64,000 nt of DNA from Octopus sinensis. Its lineage: Eukaryota. Shown in pieces: positions 10,208-21,700 of the stretch. The stretch's first letter is position 1. Each line of letters starts with the position of its first letter. The stretch spans positions 30,690,001-30,754,000 of the forward strand of contig NC_043003.1 in assembly GCF_006345805.1 (NCBI RefSeq), read 5' to 3'. The translations under genes and the position numbers were made by a program. Under the pieces are notes generated by a model that was not told the DNA's origin, did not search any database, and was given only the letters and a program-made list of their open reading frames with translations.

Positions 10208-11013
10208 CATGTCTATGTGGTAAGAAATCTGCTTCCCAACCACATGGTTCCGGATTCAGTCCCACTGCATGGAACCTTGGACAAGAGTTTTCTACTATAG
10301 CCTCAAGCTGACCAAAGGCTTGTGAGTTGATTTGGTAGGCAGAAACCGAAAGAAGCCTCTGTGTGTGTGTGTGCATGTGTATATATATCTGTATGCCTAT
10401 ATTTGTCCCTCACCACCACTTGACAACTGCTGTTGGTATGTTTACATCTCTGTAACTTAGTGTTTGGCAAAAGAGACTGATATAATAAGTACTAGGCTTT
10501 AAAAAATAAGTCCAGGGGTTGATTTGTTTGACTAAAAATCCTTCAGGCAATGCCCCAGTATGGCCACAGTTAAATGACTGAAACAAGTAAAAGGTAAAAG
10601 ATACATATACACACATAGGCACAGGAGTGGCTGTGTGGTAAGTAGCTTGCTTACCAACCACATGGTTCCGGGTTCAGTCCCACTGCGTGGCACCTTGGGC
10701 AAGTGTCTCCTGCAATACCCTCGGACCGACCAAAGACTTGTGAGTGGATTTGGTAGACGGAAACTGAAAGAATCCTGTTGTATATGTGTGTGTGTGTGTA
10801 TATATATATGTTTGTGTGTCTGTGTTTGACCCCCTAACATCACTTGACAACCGATGCTGGTGTGTTTATGCCCCCGTAACTTAGCAGTTCGGCAAAAGAG
10901 ACTGATAAAATAAGTACTAGGCTTATAAAGAATAAGTCCTGGGGTCGATTTGCTCGACTAAAGGCGGTGCTCCAGCATGGCCACAGTCAAATGACTGAAA
11001 CAAGTAAAAAGAG
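8950..11013. mobile_element. Cluster of four family-B SINEs: ~8950-9310 (+, 5'-truncated), ~9825-10160 (-), ~10205-10600 (+), 10617-11013 (+, full length)
   Basis: Head with A-box-like GTGGCTGTGTGG and B-box GGTTCAGTCCC, CORE-like GCACCTTGGGCAAGTGTC, internal (TA)/(TG) tract, tail CTGGGGTCGATTTGCTCGACTAAAGGCGGTGCTCCAGCATGGCC. Confidence 0.88.
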
Positions 11014-11027
11014 TACACACACACACC

Positions 11028-11270
11028 ATCATCATCATCATCATCATTTAACATCTATTTTCCATACTGGTTTGGGTTGCATGGAACAACAGGAACTATC
11101 AAGGTCAAGGCTGCACCAGTTTCCATAATTGGTTTTGGCTAGATTTCTACAGCTGGATACCCTTCCTAACCATCACCAGTGCCTTTTAAGTGGCACTAGT
11201 ACCAGTGTATTTCATGTGTCACAAGCGCTCACACCAATGCCGCATGTGACACTTTGGTTTTAGGATCTCA
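11028..11270 (-). mobile_element. Degenerate RTE 3'-end fragment
   Basis: (ATC)n followed by TTTAACATCTATTTTCCAT and TTCTACAGCTGGATACCCTTCCTAA, matching the reverse complement of 4720-4880. Confidence 0.7.
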
Positions 11271-11647
11271 ATTCTGTTGTGGTAGGTGGGCCTTTCATCA
11301 TCACCATCATTTAACATCTGCTGTCTCTCCCACAGCCTCCTTTATTCTTACTATTCATTTTTTTCTCACTACACTACTTCCACTGCAAGTAAACATATGA
11401 GTCCTTTCTGATGAATGTCTCCACCTGAAACTTTAGACTTAACTTTCTTCCTTATGGTAGAATTATTCATTTCTTTTTTTGAAATTCTTGTATTTATTAT
11501 TTGCCGATATGGACTGTCTCTGGTTTCCTTGGATTCTTTTGTTTAGCTTTAAAGTATTGCAGACATTGATTTCTACAATGGCAGCAACAGACTTATTCAT
11601 AATGCCTGGTTTTATTGAAAATTCTCTCTCTCTCTCTCCCTCCCCCC

Positions 11648-11696
<49 letters not shown>

Positions 11697-12059
11697 ATTG
11701 TAGTGTGATAAAAGCTTATGTCAAGCATTTCATTGTAAAAATGCATTGTGTTTCTCTGTAATTATATGAAACCACACAGTTATTCAGTTATTCAGACTGA
11801 GTTATAAAATAATGTCACTCAAATAAAGGATGAGAGAGGGATAATAAATAATAGAATATGAAGTGCATCACAATTGTAATATGTATGATAAGTGTAGGTG
11901 TGGCTGTGTGATAAGAAGTTTCCTTCCTAACCACTTGGTTCTGGGTTCAATCTCACTGCATGGCATTTCTGAAAGCCTCTTATACCATAGTCCTAGGCCA
12001 ACCAAAGCCTTGCAAGTAGATTTGGTTGGCTGAAACTGAAAGAAGCTGGTCGTTTCCAT

Positions 12060-12215
12060 TTCCACCTCAAGGCCACTCTCTTCTGCTGCTCTAGTGACCC
12101 AAATATCTGGCAGACAATCACCAAAGGCCACCTAGAGTGGCAGCATCTCATTGTGAAGGGAATGGACCAGATGGAAAATAACAGACTTCAAGAGGCAGAG
12201 ATCAGATGTCAAAGA
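12060..12215 (+). pseudogene. Relic C-terminus of a BovB-like RTE ORF
   Basis: HLKATLFCCSSDPNIWQTITKGHLEWQHLIVKGMDQMENNRLQEAEIRCQRHK resembles the DPxTWETLAQDRxxWR...ENRxxxAExKRxRRK region of BovB-type ORFs (recalled similarity). Confidence 0.45.
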
Positions 12216-12220
12216 CACAA

Positions 12221-12490
12221 AATACATACATACATACATACATGCATACAAACAAACAAACATACATACATACATACATAACATACATACATACATACAT
12301 ACATACATACATACATACATACATACATACATACATACAAACACACACACACACAACACACACACACACAAACATACATACATACATACATACATACATA
12401 CATACATACATACATACAAACAAACAAACAAACAAACATACATACATACACACAAACAAACATACATACATACATACATACATACATACA

Positions 12491-12528
<38 letters not shown>
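12221..12528. repeat. Compound microsatellite (CATA)n/(CA)n/(CAAA)n/(CAAT)n
   Basis: Directly visible. Confidence 0.95.
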
Positions 12529-12530
<2 letters not shown>

Positions 12531-13205
12531 GTCTATCTACCTTAAATTAACAGCCACAAATCTTGCAAATAGGGTTTTCTGGTTGAAATTATAATATATT
12601 CTACCATTTATCAAACTGAAAGCAACCCGTTTGTCAGTTGATCATTTGAGTAGATAATATTTAAACAAGAGAAATCAAAAGAAAAAAACAAAAACACAAG
12701 AGAGATAACCTACATTACAAAAATTTGATGTCAAGCAGATATAAACCAGATGTTAATGGTTTACTCAGTATCCAGTGTACTTTTAAATTCTGATTGGATA
12801 TATTTTTTGAAATGTGGTCATAAAGAATAAAATGACATTCCTCGAATTTCTGTATTTGTTGAAGGCTCTCAAGTGTTTTGACAAATACAGTTTTTCAGCA
12901 TTTTAACAGATACGTTTTTTTTGTTTTTTTTAATATTTTCTAGACCTGCTAATACAGGGTCTGAATTTAGCAAGGATTCTCCATTTGATATGAAATTGGT
13001 CCTTTTAAGTTTCCAGACTAAAGCTGAAAGGGTTGAATACCTCTTATCATGGTACTTAAAGTTCAAAAGATGGTTGTTATATCTAGATTAAAATTTTTCT
13101 TCTGATGCTCCGAGAGTTTGCTGAAACCTGTGCTTCATAAACAATGTGGAAGATATATCGCACTCCTGTCCTAGAGGACATTTAGATTTGTTTCTGAAAG
13201 TGCAT

Positions 13206-13241
<36 letters not shown>

Positions 13242-13764
13242 TGGCTGTATGAATAATAAGTTTGCTTCACAATCACATGGTTTCAAGTTCAGTCCCATTG
13301 TGCAGCATCTTGGGTAAGATCAGCCAGTGCCTTGTGAATGAATCTAAGAGATAGGAACAGTAGGAAGCCTGCTGTATAATGTACACACTCACACACATAC
13401 ACACACACACACACACACACGTGTGTATCCGTGCATGTGTTTGTATGAACATGTTTGAATGTTGACAACCTTTAGCTCTGGTTGCTGGAAGCAGTAAATT
13501 ATATTTGCATTCCTTGTGTGACAGTATGACTGGTCATGCTGTGCATTAAAAGATTTGTAAAATAATAAATCTCTCACTTGAAGACAGAGGTAAGGGTTGG
13601 TGGTAGGAACAACATAAATCTGTAGAGTCAAATACATCTGTGTGTAATTCATGCTAACATGGACATGGTGTTAAATGAATAATTGAATACATACACACTT
13701 GATCTTGCATGTGTGTGTGTATAAGCGGATGTTAAACACTGATGATGATGATGATGATGATATA

Positions 13765-14125
13765 TCATCATCATCATCATCGTTTAACGTCCACTTTCCA
13801 TGCTGGCATGGGTTGGACGATTTGACTGAGGTCTGGCAAACCAGATGGCTGTGCTAGGCTCCAATCATAATCTGGCAGAGTTTCTACAGCTGGATGCCCT
13901 TCCTAATGCCAACCACTCTGAGAGTGTAGTGGGTGCTTTTACGTGCCACCGGCACAAGGGCCAGTCAGGTGGTACTGGCAACGGCCATGCTCAAATGGTG
14001 CTTCTTATGTGCCACCTGCACAGGAGCCAGTCCAGCGGCACTGGCAACGACCTTGCTTGAATTTTTTTTCATGTGCCACCAGCACAAGTGCCAGTAAGGC
14101 GACGGAGTAAACGATCATGCTCGAA
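13765..14125 (-). mobile_element. 5'-truncated RTE copy: tail plus three UTR hairpin monomers
   Basis: The reverse complement reads GTGCCGGTGGCACGTAAAAGCACCCACTACACTCTCAGAGTGGTTGGCATTAGGAAGGGCATCCAGC...GGAAAGTGGACGTTAAAC(GAT)n. Confidence 0.85.
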
Positions 14126-14394
14126 TATATATATATATATGGTGATAGGAGGGGCATCTCTCTGTAAAAAATCTGCCTCAACAAATTCTGTCTGATCCAT
14201 GAAAGCATGGAGAAGTGGATAGTAAAAAGGATAATAATACACACACATACACACACGCTAATTTTGTGTTAGAGATTCAAGATGAAATTGGTTTCCTTGT
14301 CTGATTGTTGAATCAAATAGTTGACTTTATGGTGTATTTGATTATTAAAAATATATAACTTTATTTATTCATTTTTCTTTTATAGAAACTCATT

Positions 14395-15130
14395 ATGGCA
14401 AGTGGAGAATCTAGCCAGTCTTCCCGAGTACCCCCACCAAGACCTACCCCGCCAGCTAAACTACTATATAAGAGGTTTCAGAAGCTCTTTAAAACATCAC
14501 TGCAACTTGCCAATGAAGGAATTGTATTTGATGAGATTGGAAAAGCTAATGATGCTATTAATATGTACACAATGTGCCTTGAGCACATCAAGTTCAGTCT
14601 CGACGTTGAACTTGACGATCAATACCTATCAACGGATGAACAAACATCTTACCGAGACATGCTTCACAAATTGACCAAGACAAAGATGCAAGTTGAATCA
14701 CGCCTTGATATGCTGAACGTTGTGAATAATACTACAACCGACAGTAATTCAAATGTAATGAGTCCACCTTCCTATGAAGAGGTCATGTCCGGATCTTTTG
14801 TTGGTGCTCAAGATGGAGCAACTGCTTCTAGAAACACTCACTGTGCCAACCGCCGTGTCTCACAGAATGCCACGCGGATATTTTTCATAGCAGAAGGAGT
14901 ACAGCTGCTCTATATAACTCCGGAAGGTTATGTCACAGCTCCTTCCTATCCTACTGCCCTCAACATATTTCGCATGGATGAAGAAGACACCAGTGAAACT
15001 GCCAATACCACACCACCCGCTTTCTTACAGGTCGGAGAATGGCTCTACCCACTCTTACCTGGAATTTCCCCGGTCTTACATGCTTCATATGGAGCGTATA
15101 TATTCCCAGACATGCTTGCACCAAGAGATG
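14395..15130 (+). CDS. SPART: Spartin coding exon 1 (MIT domain, PPSY motif, conserved middle domain)
   Basis: Acceptor ttttcttttatag ends at 14385, 9 nt before the ATG. Contains an MIT-like helical region, PPSYEEV, GVQLLYITPEGYVTAPSYP and FLQVGEWLYPLLPGISPVL...GAYIFPD. Donor G|GTGAGT. Confidence 0.95.
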
Positions 15131-18100
15131 GTGAGTATCAGTAGTTATTTTTATTTTAATTCATTTTTCTTTTCACTCATCATTTTGCTCAGCAAACTTA
15201 TTCCTACCACCATTCTTTGATATCTTGTTCATTTCTAACATCATTAGTATTGCTGTTACTATTGTCCAATGTATGCTAGCATGGAACGTGGACATTAAAT
15301 AATGATAATGGTGGTTGTCACAAATAGCATTTATTCATCATCATTTTAATATCCACTTTTCCATGGATCAGATGAAACTGGATGTTCTTAACTGTCTATT
15401 TCCCACCTAATCCTTTAAACAATAAACAGCTCAATGACCAAACATTTTTTCACAGCAATTGTAACCGAAGACACCACAATGCACACACACACACACATAC
15501 GCACACACAAAGGGCTTCCTACAGTTTCCACCTGTCAGTTCCACTTACAAGGCATTGATCAGCCCAAAGTCATAGTAGAAGACACCTGTCCACAGTACCA
15601 TGCAGTAGGAAAAAGTCAAAACAATGCTGTAAAGCAAACCTGTAGCCACACACAGCCATGTTACTGTCCTCAATATTAACATTAATCTCATCACTATTAT
15701 CCATTTTTAACCTTTCAGTTTCTAGTTTCCTGTCAAAATATCATTTCTGCTGTTGTAGTAGTTCTGTTAATGATATTACTCTCTGCTCTCTCTAACAACA
15801 CTCTGGCTATTCTACTAACCAAGACCAAAAACATTACAAAGAGCATCAGCCTACCTACATCATCATCAACATTTAATGTCTGTTTTCTATGCTGGCAAGG
15901 GTTGGACAGCATAGCAGGAACTGGCAAGGCCTGGGGCTACACTAGGTTCCATGGTCTGTTTTGGCTTGGCTTCTATGGCTGGATGCCCTTCCTAATGCCA
16001 ACCACTCCACAGTGTGTACTAGGTGCATTTTACATGACACCATCACTAGTGCTTTTTATGCGGCACCAGCACCAGTGCTTTTTACATGGCACCAGCACCC
16101 ACACCAATGCTTTTTATGTGGTACGTTGGTTTTAGGATCTCAGTTCTGTTGTGGTGGGCAGTACAGATTCCACATTATTATCATCATTTCCCATTATCTT
16201 TATCAACTTCTCCAGCACTATCGACTTTTCTTCATCCTTTATTTTCACTGACATGACCACCACACACCATGTCCTCACATCCTCATCATTATCATTTGTT
16301 ACCATCTCTATCACATACAACCCCACATTCTTCATTGTCTTTATCATTACCTCTACCATCATCACCATCATTGCTTGCTATACCCTTTTATTGTTACTGC
16401 CACCAACACCACTATCATCAACATAACCTCTGTTTTTCTACATTTGCATGACTCAACCATAGGATCCCTGCCAGAACAGATAATGGGGCCTGGTGCAGCC
16501 CCTGGCCTTACCAGCTCCAGTGAAACCATCCAACCCATGCTAGCATGGAAAACAGACATTAAATGATGATGATGATTTTCTATGCTTGCATGGATCAGAC
16601 AGAGTTCATTGAAGCAGATTTTCTAAGGCTGGATGCCCTTCCTGTTGTGAGCACTCACTCATTTCCAAGTTAGGTTAAGGTAATATTTCCCCACGGCCTG
16701 AAATTGTTTTTCATGGAAGACTGAAAATAAACAAACTTCATTTGTATGACAGTGCTGCTCATTCACAGCCATCACATAATGTCAAGACAAGGAAACACAT
16801 GCACACACATGCACATGTATGTTGGGCTTCTTTCAGTTTCTCCCTACCAAATCCTTCACAAGGCTTTAGTTGGCCTTGAACTATAGTAGTCCTTTCATAC
16901 ATGCATATATGCAGTGTTAAATATAAATAAAAATCTACCAACATATTGAACTACACATCTCATTTTTATTAGGCAAACATGCTAATGGTGTCTTAATATT
17001 TTTCTCTGTTATGTTAAGTGATGAGATCAGCTGTTTTTCCATATTTATATTTCTTGATTAAGTTATTATTAGCAGAGTAAACATTGGCCATTGATCTTAT
17101 AATCTGTTTTTAGATCTACCTCCAATGTTTTGGTTGTTACATGGGAAAATAAGATGTGTGTGTGTGGCTGCATTTTATGTATGTGTGAGATTGAATATGT
17201 GTCAATGTATTGTGTAAAAATGCCTGTGTGTATGTGTATGTGTGTGTGTATGCATGATGGAGTGAATATGATGTGGATGTGTGTATTGTATGTGTTTATA
17301 TATGTGAGAGAGTGTATATGTGTATGATTGCCTATATATTGTGTGTATGTATGTGTGAGAGAATGAATATTTTATGTGTAGGTGTGTGTGCATGCATACC
17401 TTTATATATCATCATCATTTTACCTCTACTTTTCCATGCCTGGGTCAGACAAGGGTATGTCAGGGGGTGCAGAAGTGTCTATAGCCAGATACCCTTCTTG
17501 TCACCAACTTGTTTCCAAGTGGGGTAATAATGTTCAAGTCTGTCAAACAACAGATGACCTTTGCATATTTATATAGAGAACTGGAAACAAATGACAAGAG
17601 ATGGTTAAACTTTTAGTTTACGAAGATTGCACAACATGCCAAGGCATGTCAAGAAGATATGCTTTTGTGGTGGATGCAAACAAATGGTACTGTTAGCAAA
17701 GCCATTGTTTACAGTCAGTGTGTGTATATACCTGTGGATGTGGGAAATAGGAACTCACATACATACATGTACGCAGGCATACACACACACATGTATACAC
17801 ACACTGCTAATTTCTTTCAGTTTCTGTCTAACAAATCTATTCACATCTAATAAGCGAAGGGGCCAGTATGTGAAGGAAAAGAAGAAATAAAGAATTACAT
17901 GCACGACAACAGAAATTGTAAAAAAACTTTTCTTACTCTCTTCCCTTTTTTTTCTCCCTCTTGTCCATGTATCCATAAAAACTCAATATGACTGAACTTT
18001 CAATAATGTACTTTTGTTATATCCTTCGCTGAACATTTACTTTAATATTACCTATCCCTGTGAAACTCATTAAATTCTATGTGAACATTTGATCATTTGA

Positions 18101-18730
18101 TTGTTTAAACATATCTATCTAATTCCTACTTAATAATTTTAAATCCTGTTAAAATCCTCTTGTTTTATATATATTTATACCATTGATAGACAAAAAATTG
18201 TTGAAACAAGTTTGGTATGTATGTGAATAAATCTATTTACAAACAACTACACGTTTTTCAAATTGAGGTACATTTTCAAGACCCCAAACATTCTCTTATA
18301 TTTTTTCCTGTGTCGGAATACAACTCTTCTTTCCATATATATATATGAATTAGAAAAAAATCCCACCTTTTATCAATTCAATAATGAAAAATTGAATTAT
18401 ACCATTTAGAAAGATTACATATTATAGAAAGATTAAATATAAGATAAAACATATAATGATGATTAAGTAATGTGCAAAATAAATAAAACGTATATATTTG
18501 GTAGAATAATGATACGTGTTTCATGGCTATATTTAAGAAATGCTAATAGTAAAAATAATAGTAGTAGTAGTAAAATCACTTCAATATAAATATAGCCACT
18601 CTTCAGGTTAAAGATAACAACAATAATAAAATAATTAATTAGATAAATTAACAAATATATGTAAATAATCTTGTAAAACACGAAATATCTTAACAAATAT
18701 ATACTTGTTTAAAAATAAGATACAATTAAA

Positions 18731-18766
<36 letters not shown>

Positions 18767-21700
18767 ATACAAAATATACATTAAGTGAAAACTTAATACT
18801 ACAATTTAAACTATATACATTAAATCAAATTATCAATTAATTAATTTATTTATTTAATAAACATCCAAATAAAGTCTCATACCCATTAAGCAATTTATCA
18901 TAAAAACCTTAATGTTAAGTAATATACACAATGCTAGTACAAGCCATATATATACATATATATATATATATGCTGAAACTAGCACAATACTGTTGGAAGG
19001 CAGGTTTAGAGAGGGCACAGGTCAAAACTACGTGTCCTTCCCCTCCATCGGTCAGTTGAAGCTTAAACAGTGTCACGTGACTGCTAGCTGGTGCTGGCTG
19101 CTGGAGCCTACTGGCAAGTATCTACAAGGGAATTTGGCAGGATGGTCATTTGCCTTCTGACATTTGTTGACGCTGCATTGAAGAAACCAAAGAACAAAAG
19201 AAAAAAAGGAGAAAGAAGAAATGCCCTCAACACCAGAGCTGAAGACACCTCTGAAAGGGGAGCCCGCAACATCAAAAGCAGTAGAGGAGAAGGGGCTAAA
19301 ACCGGATATGGTTCCTCCTGATGATGTCTTTAGCCACTGGATCCTATAAAGGAGCTGTTGAGGTAGCAAACCTGAAACGTGGTTGGAATTCCCCCCCCCC
19401 ATATATGGCACGTAAAAGCACCCACTACACTCACGGAGTGGTTGGCGTTAGGAAGGGCATCCAGCCATCGAAACATTGCCAGATCAGACTGGGCCTGGTG
19501 CAGCCTTCTGGCTTCCCAGACCCCAGTTGAACCGTCCAACCCATGCTAGCATGGAAAGCGAACGCTAAACGACGACGACGACGACGCTGCTGTGAGTGTG
19601 TATTGAGCATATTCATGATTTTCAAGAAAATAAACAGCATCTAATCATATTGTTTATAATATATATATGTGCATATAAAGTTGCAAGCTGGCAGAATTGC
19701 TACTGCACCAAGCAAAATGCTTAGAGGCATTTTGTTAGTCTTTATGTTTTGAGTTCGAAATCTACCAGGGTTGACTGTGACTTTCATCCTTTTGGGATCA
19801 ATAAAACAAGTACCAGTTGAGTACTGGGGTCAATGTAATTGACTTACTCCCTCCCTTGAACTTGCTGGCCTTGTGCCAAAACTTGAAACTAATTTATATA
19901 TGCATATGTGTGTTTCTGTGTGTGTGTGTGTTTAATGCCAGGTGTTACTTCTGTAACATGGTTTCAATTTCATATCCATGAATTTAGATTTGGTGATCTT
20001 CAGTGGACTTTTTTGGTAGCTGGTGATGTAGAAGACAAGATTGTGGCATGTCATGTGGTGCATTATATCACCACTGCTGTGTTGCCTTGGAATAAGATTA
20101 TTGCAGTATTATCACAGAATATATTTGGCTTTGTACTCTGCTTTTGACCTCCCTCTCTGTTTTCTAGGCTGTTCAGTTGGTCTTATATTACCAAAATCAT
20201 TGTCTCCGGAGGAAAAAAAGGAATTTGAAGACTTACTTTCAACCCTCACACACCTTGAACGACAGCCCCGTGCTGAAAGACCTCGAGTTTTGGACCTTGG
20301 GGAAAAGAGTATTAGTCAGGAAGAGGAAGAAAAGACCAGTACTAAAGTCGCCAAGGGTATAGAAAAAGGTTTGGGATGTTTATTTATTTGTTGTCTTTTC
20401 TCTTCTTTTCACTGCAGTGTTCTTACCATACATGTTATATTTGTTAGGCAATTATTAGAAACTTCCTTTGTAACTCACTCTTAACCTCTCACTGTGATCG
20501 TTGATAGAACCTTATTAAAAGTTTAACTAAATGTTTCATGTGAGCTGTCTGAACTGTAAATAGTAAATGGCTAAACGTAGACTCAGGGATTGTTAGTATT
20601 ATTAGTGAAGGTCCATCAGGATTTCATTCCCAGTTCTTGTTTGATTATCTTAGTTCTTATGAGACATTATAAGGCTGTGCTGGTAGAAGTATTTGTGAAA
20701 GCTGCTGTATGCTGATTACATAGCTCTTGATGTTGAAATTGATCAAGGAATTTATAAAGAATCTTTGAAATTAATGACAAAAATTTTTACTGAAGGGCTT
20801 GAAAGTAAAATGGGCCTGGTTTCCCGGTTTCCATGGTGTACGTGTTCCCCAGCTGGATGGGATGCCAGTCCATCGCAGTGTTACTCATTTTGGAGCAACG
20901 TGAAACGAAGTGTTTTGCTTAAGAACACAATGCATCGCCCAGTCCAGGAATCAAAACCACAATCTTACGATCATAATGCTGACACCCTAACCACTAAGCC
21001 ACATGCCTCAACAAAAATTTTAAAAAATTTGTGGAGGCTCAATGGCCCAGTGGTTAGGGCAGCAGACTCGCAGTTGGAGGATTGCAGTTTCAATTCCCAG
21101 ACCGGGCGTTGTGTGTGTTTATTGAGTGAAAACACCTAAAAGCTCCACGAGGCTCCAGCAGGGGTGGGGGTGACCCCTGTTGTACTCTTTCACCACAACT
21201 TTCTCTTACTCTCTCTTCCCATTTCTTGAGTAATGCTGCAATGGACTGGCATCCCATCCAGCTGGGGGGAACACATACGCTACAGAAACCAGGAAACCGG
21301 GCCCATGAGCCTGGTTAGGCTTGAAAAGGGCAACATTTTTGAAAGTAAAGTATAACCCTCATTAAAGTGGTAATTAAAACTAATAGCTGAAATCACTAAA
21401 ACTGTAACAGTATCTTGGATATGGTTCCTTTGATGTGCATGAAAGGTATGCTATCATGAACAATACTGTTGTCATTAGAATGAATTAATGCATTAAGTAT
21501 ACACTGATAGCACATTTTTGGACTTTTTTACACATAGCTCCAATAATTGTTGTTGTTGTAGTTGCTTCTGCAACTTCTGTTGCTGTTCTTGTTGCTTTTG
21601 CAACTGTATTATAGAAGCTAATGGGTTTTCCATGATTTAACAAGTTGTATCACAAACAAATTGTTAAATAAGCTACGTGAGCTTTGAAACTCTAATCGCC

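Noticed and set aside
12132-12550. ORFs rich in [12 protein letters not shown] (also at 34846-35174, 42754-44005, 45528-45956, 51692-52015 and 62680-63479)
   Set aside because: Translations of (CATA)n, (TA)n and (CA)n microsatellites.
19040-19350. GC-richer segment with short ORFs on both strands in spartin intron 1
   Set aside because: No phase-compatible splice sites and no spartin similarity; possibly a decayed retroelement end, but unassignable.
21031-21105. tRNA-like sequences (also the heads of SINE families A and B)
   Set aside because: They are SINE heads continuous with SINE bodies, with no complete cloverleaf, so they are not called as tRNA genes.
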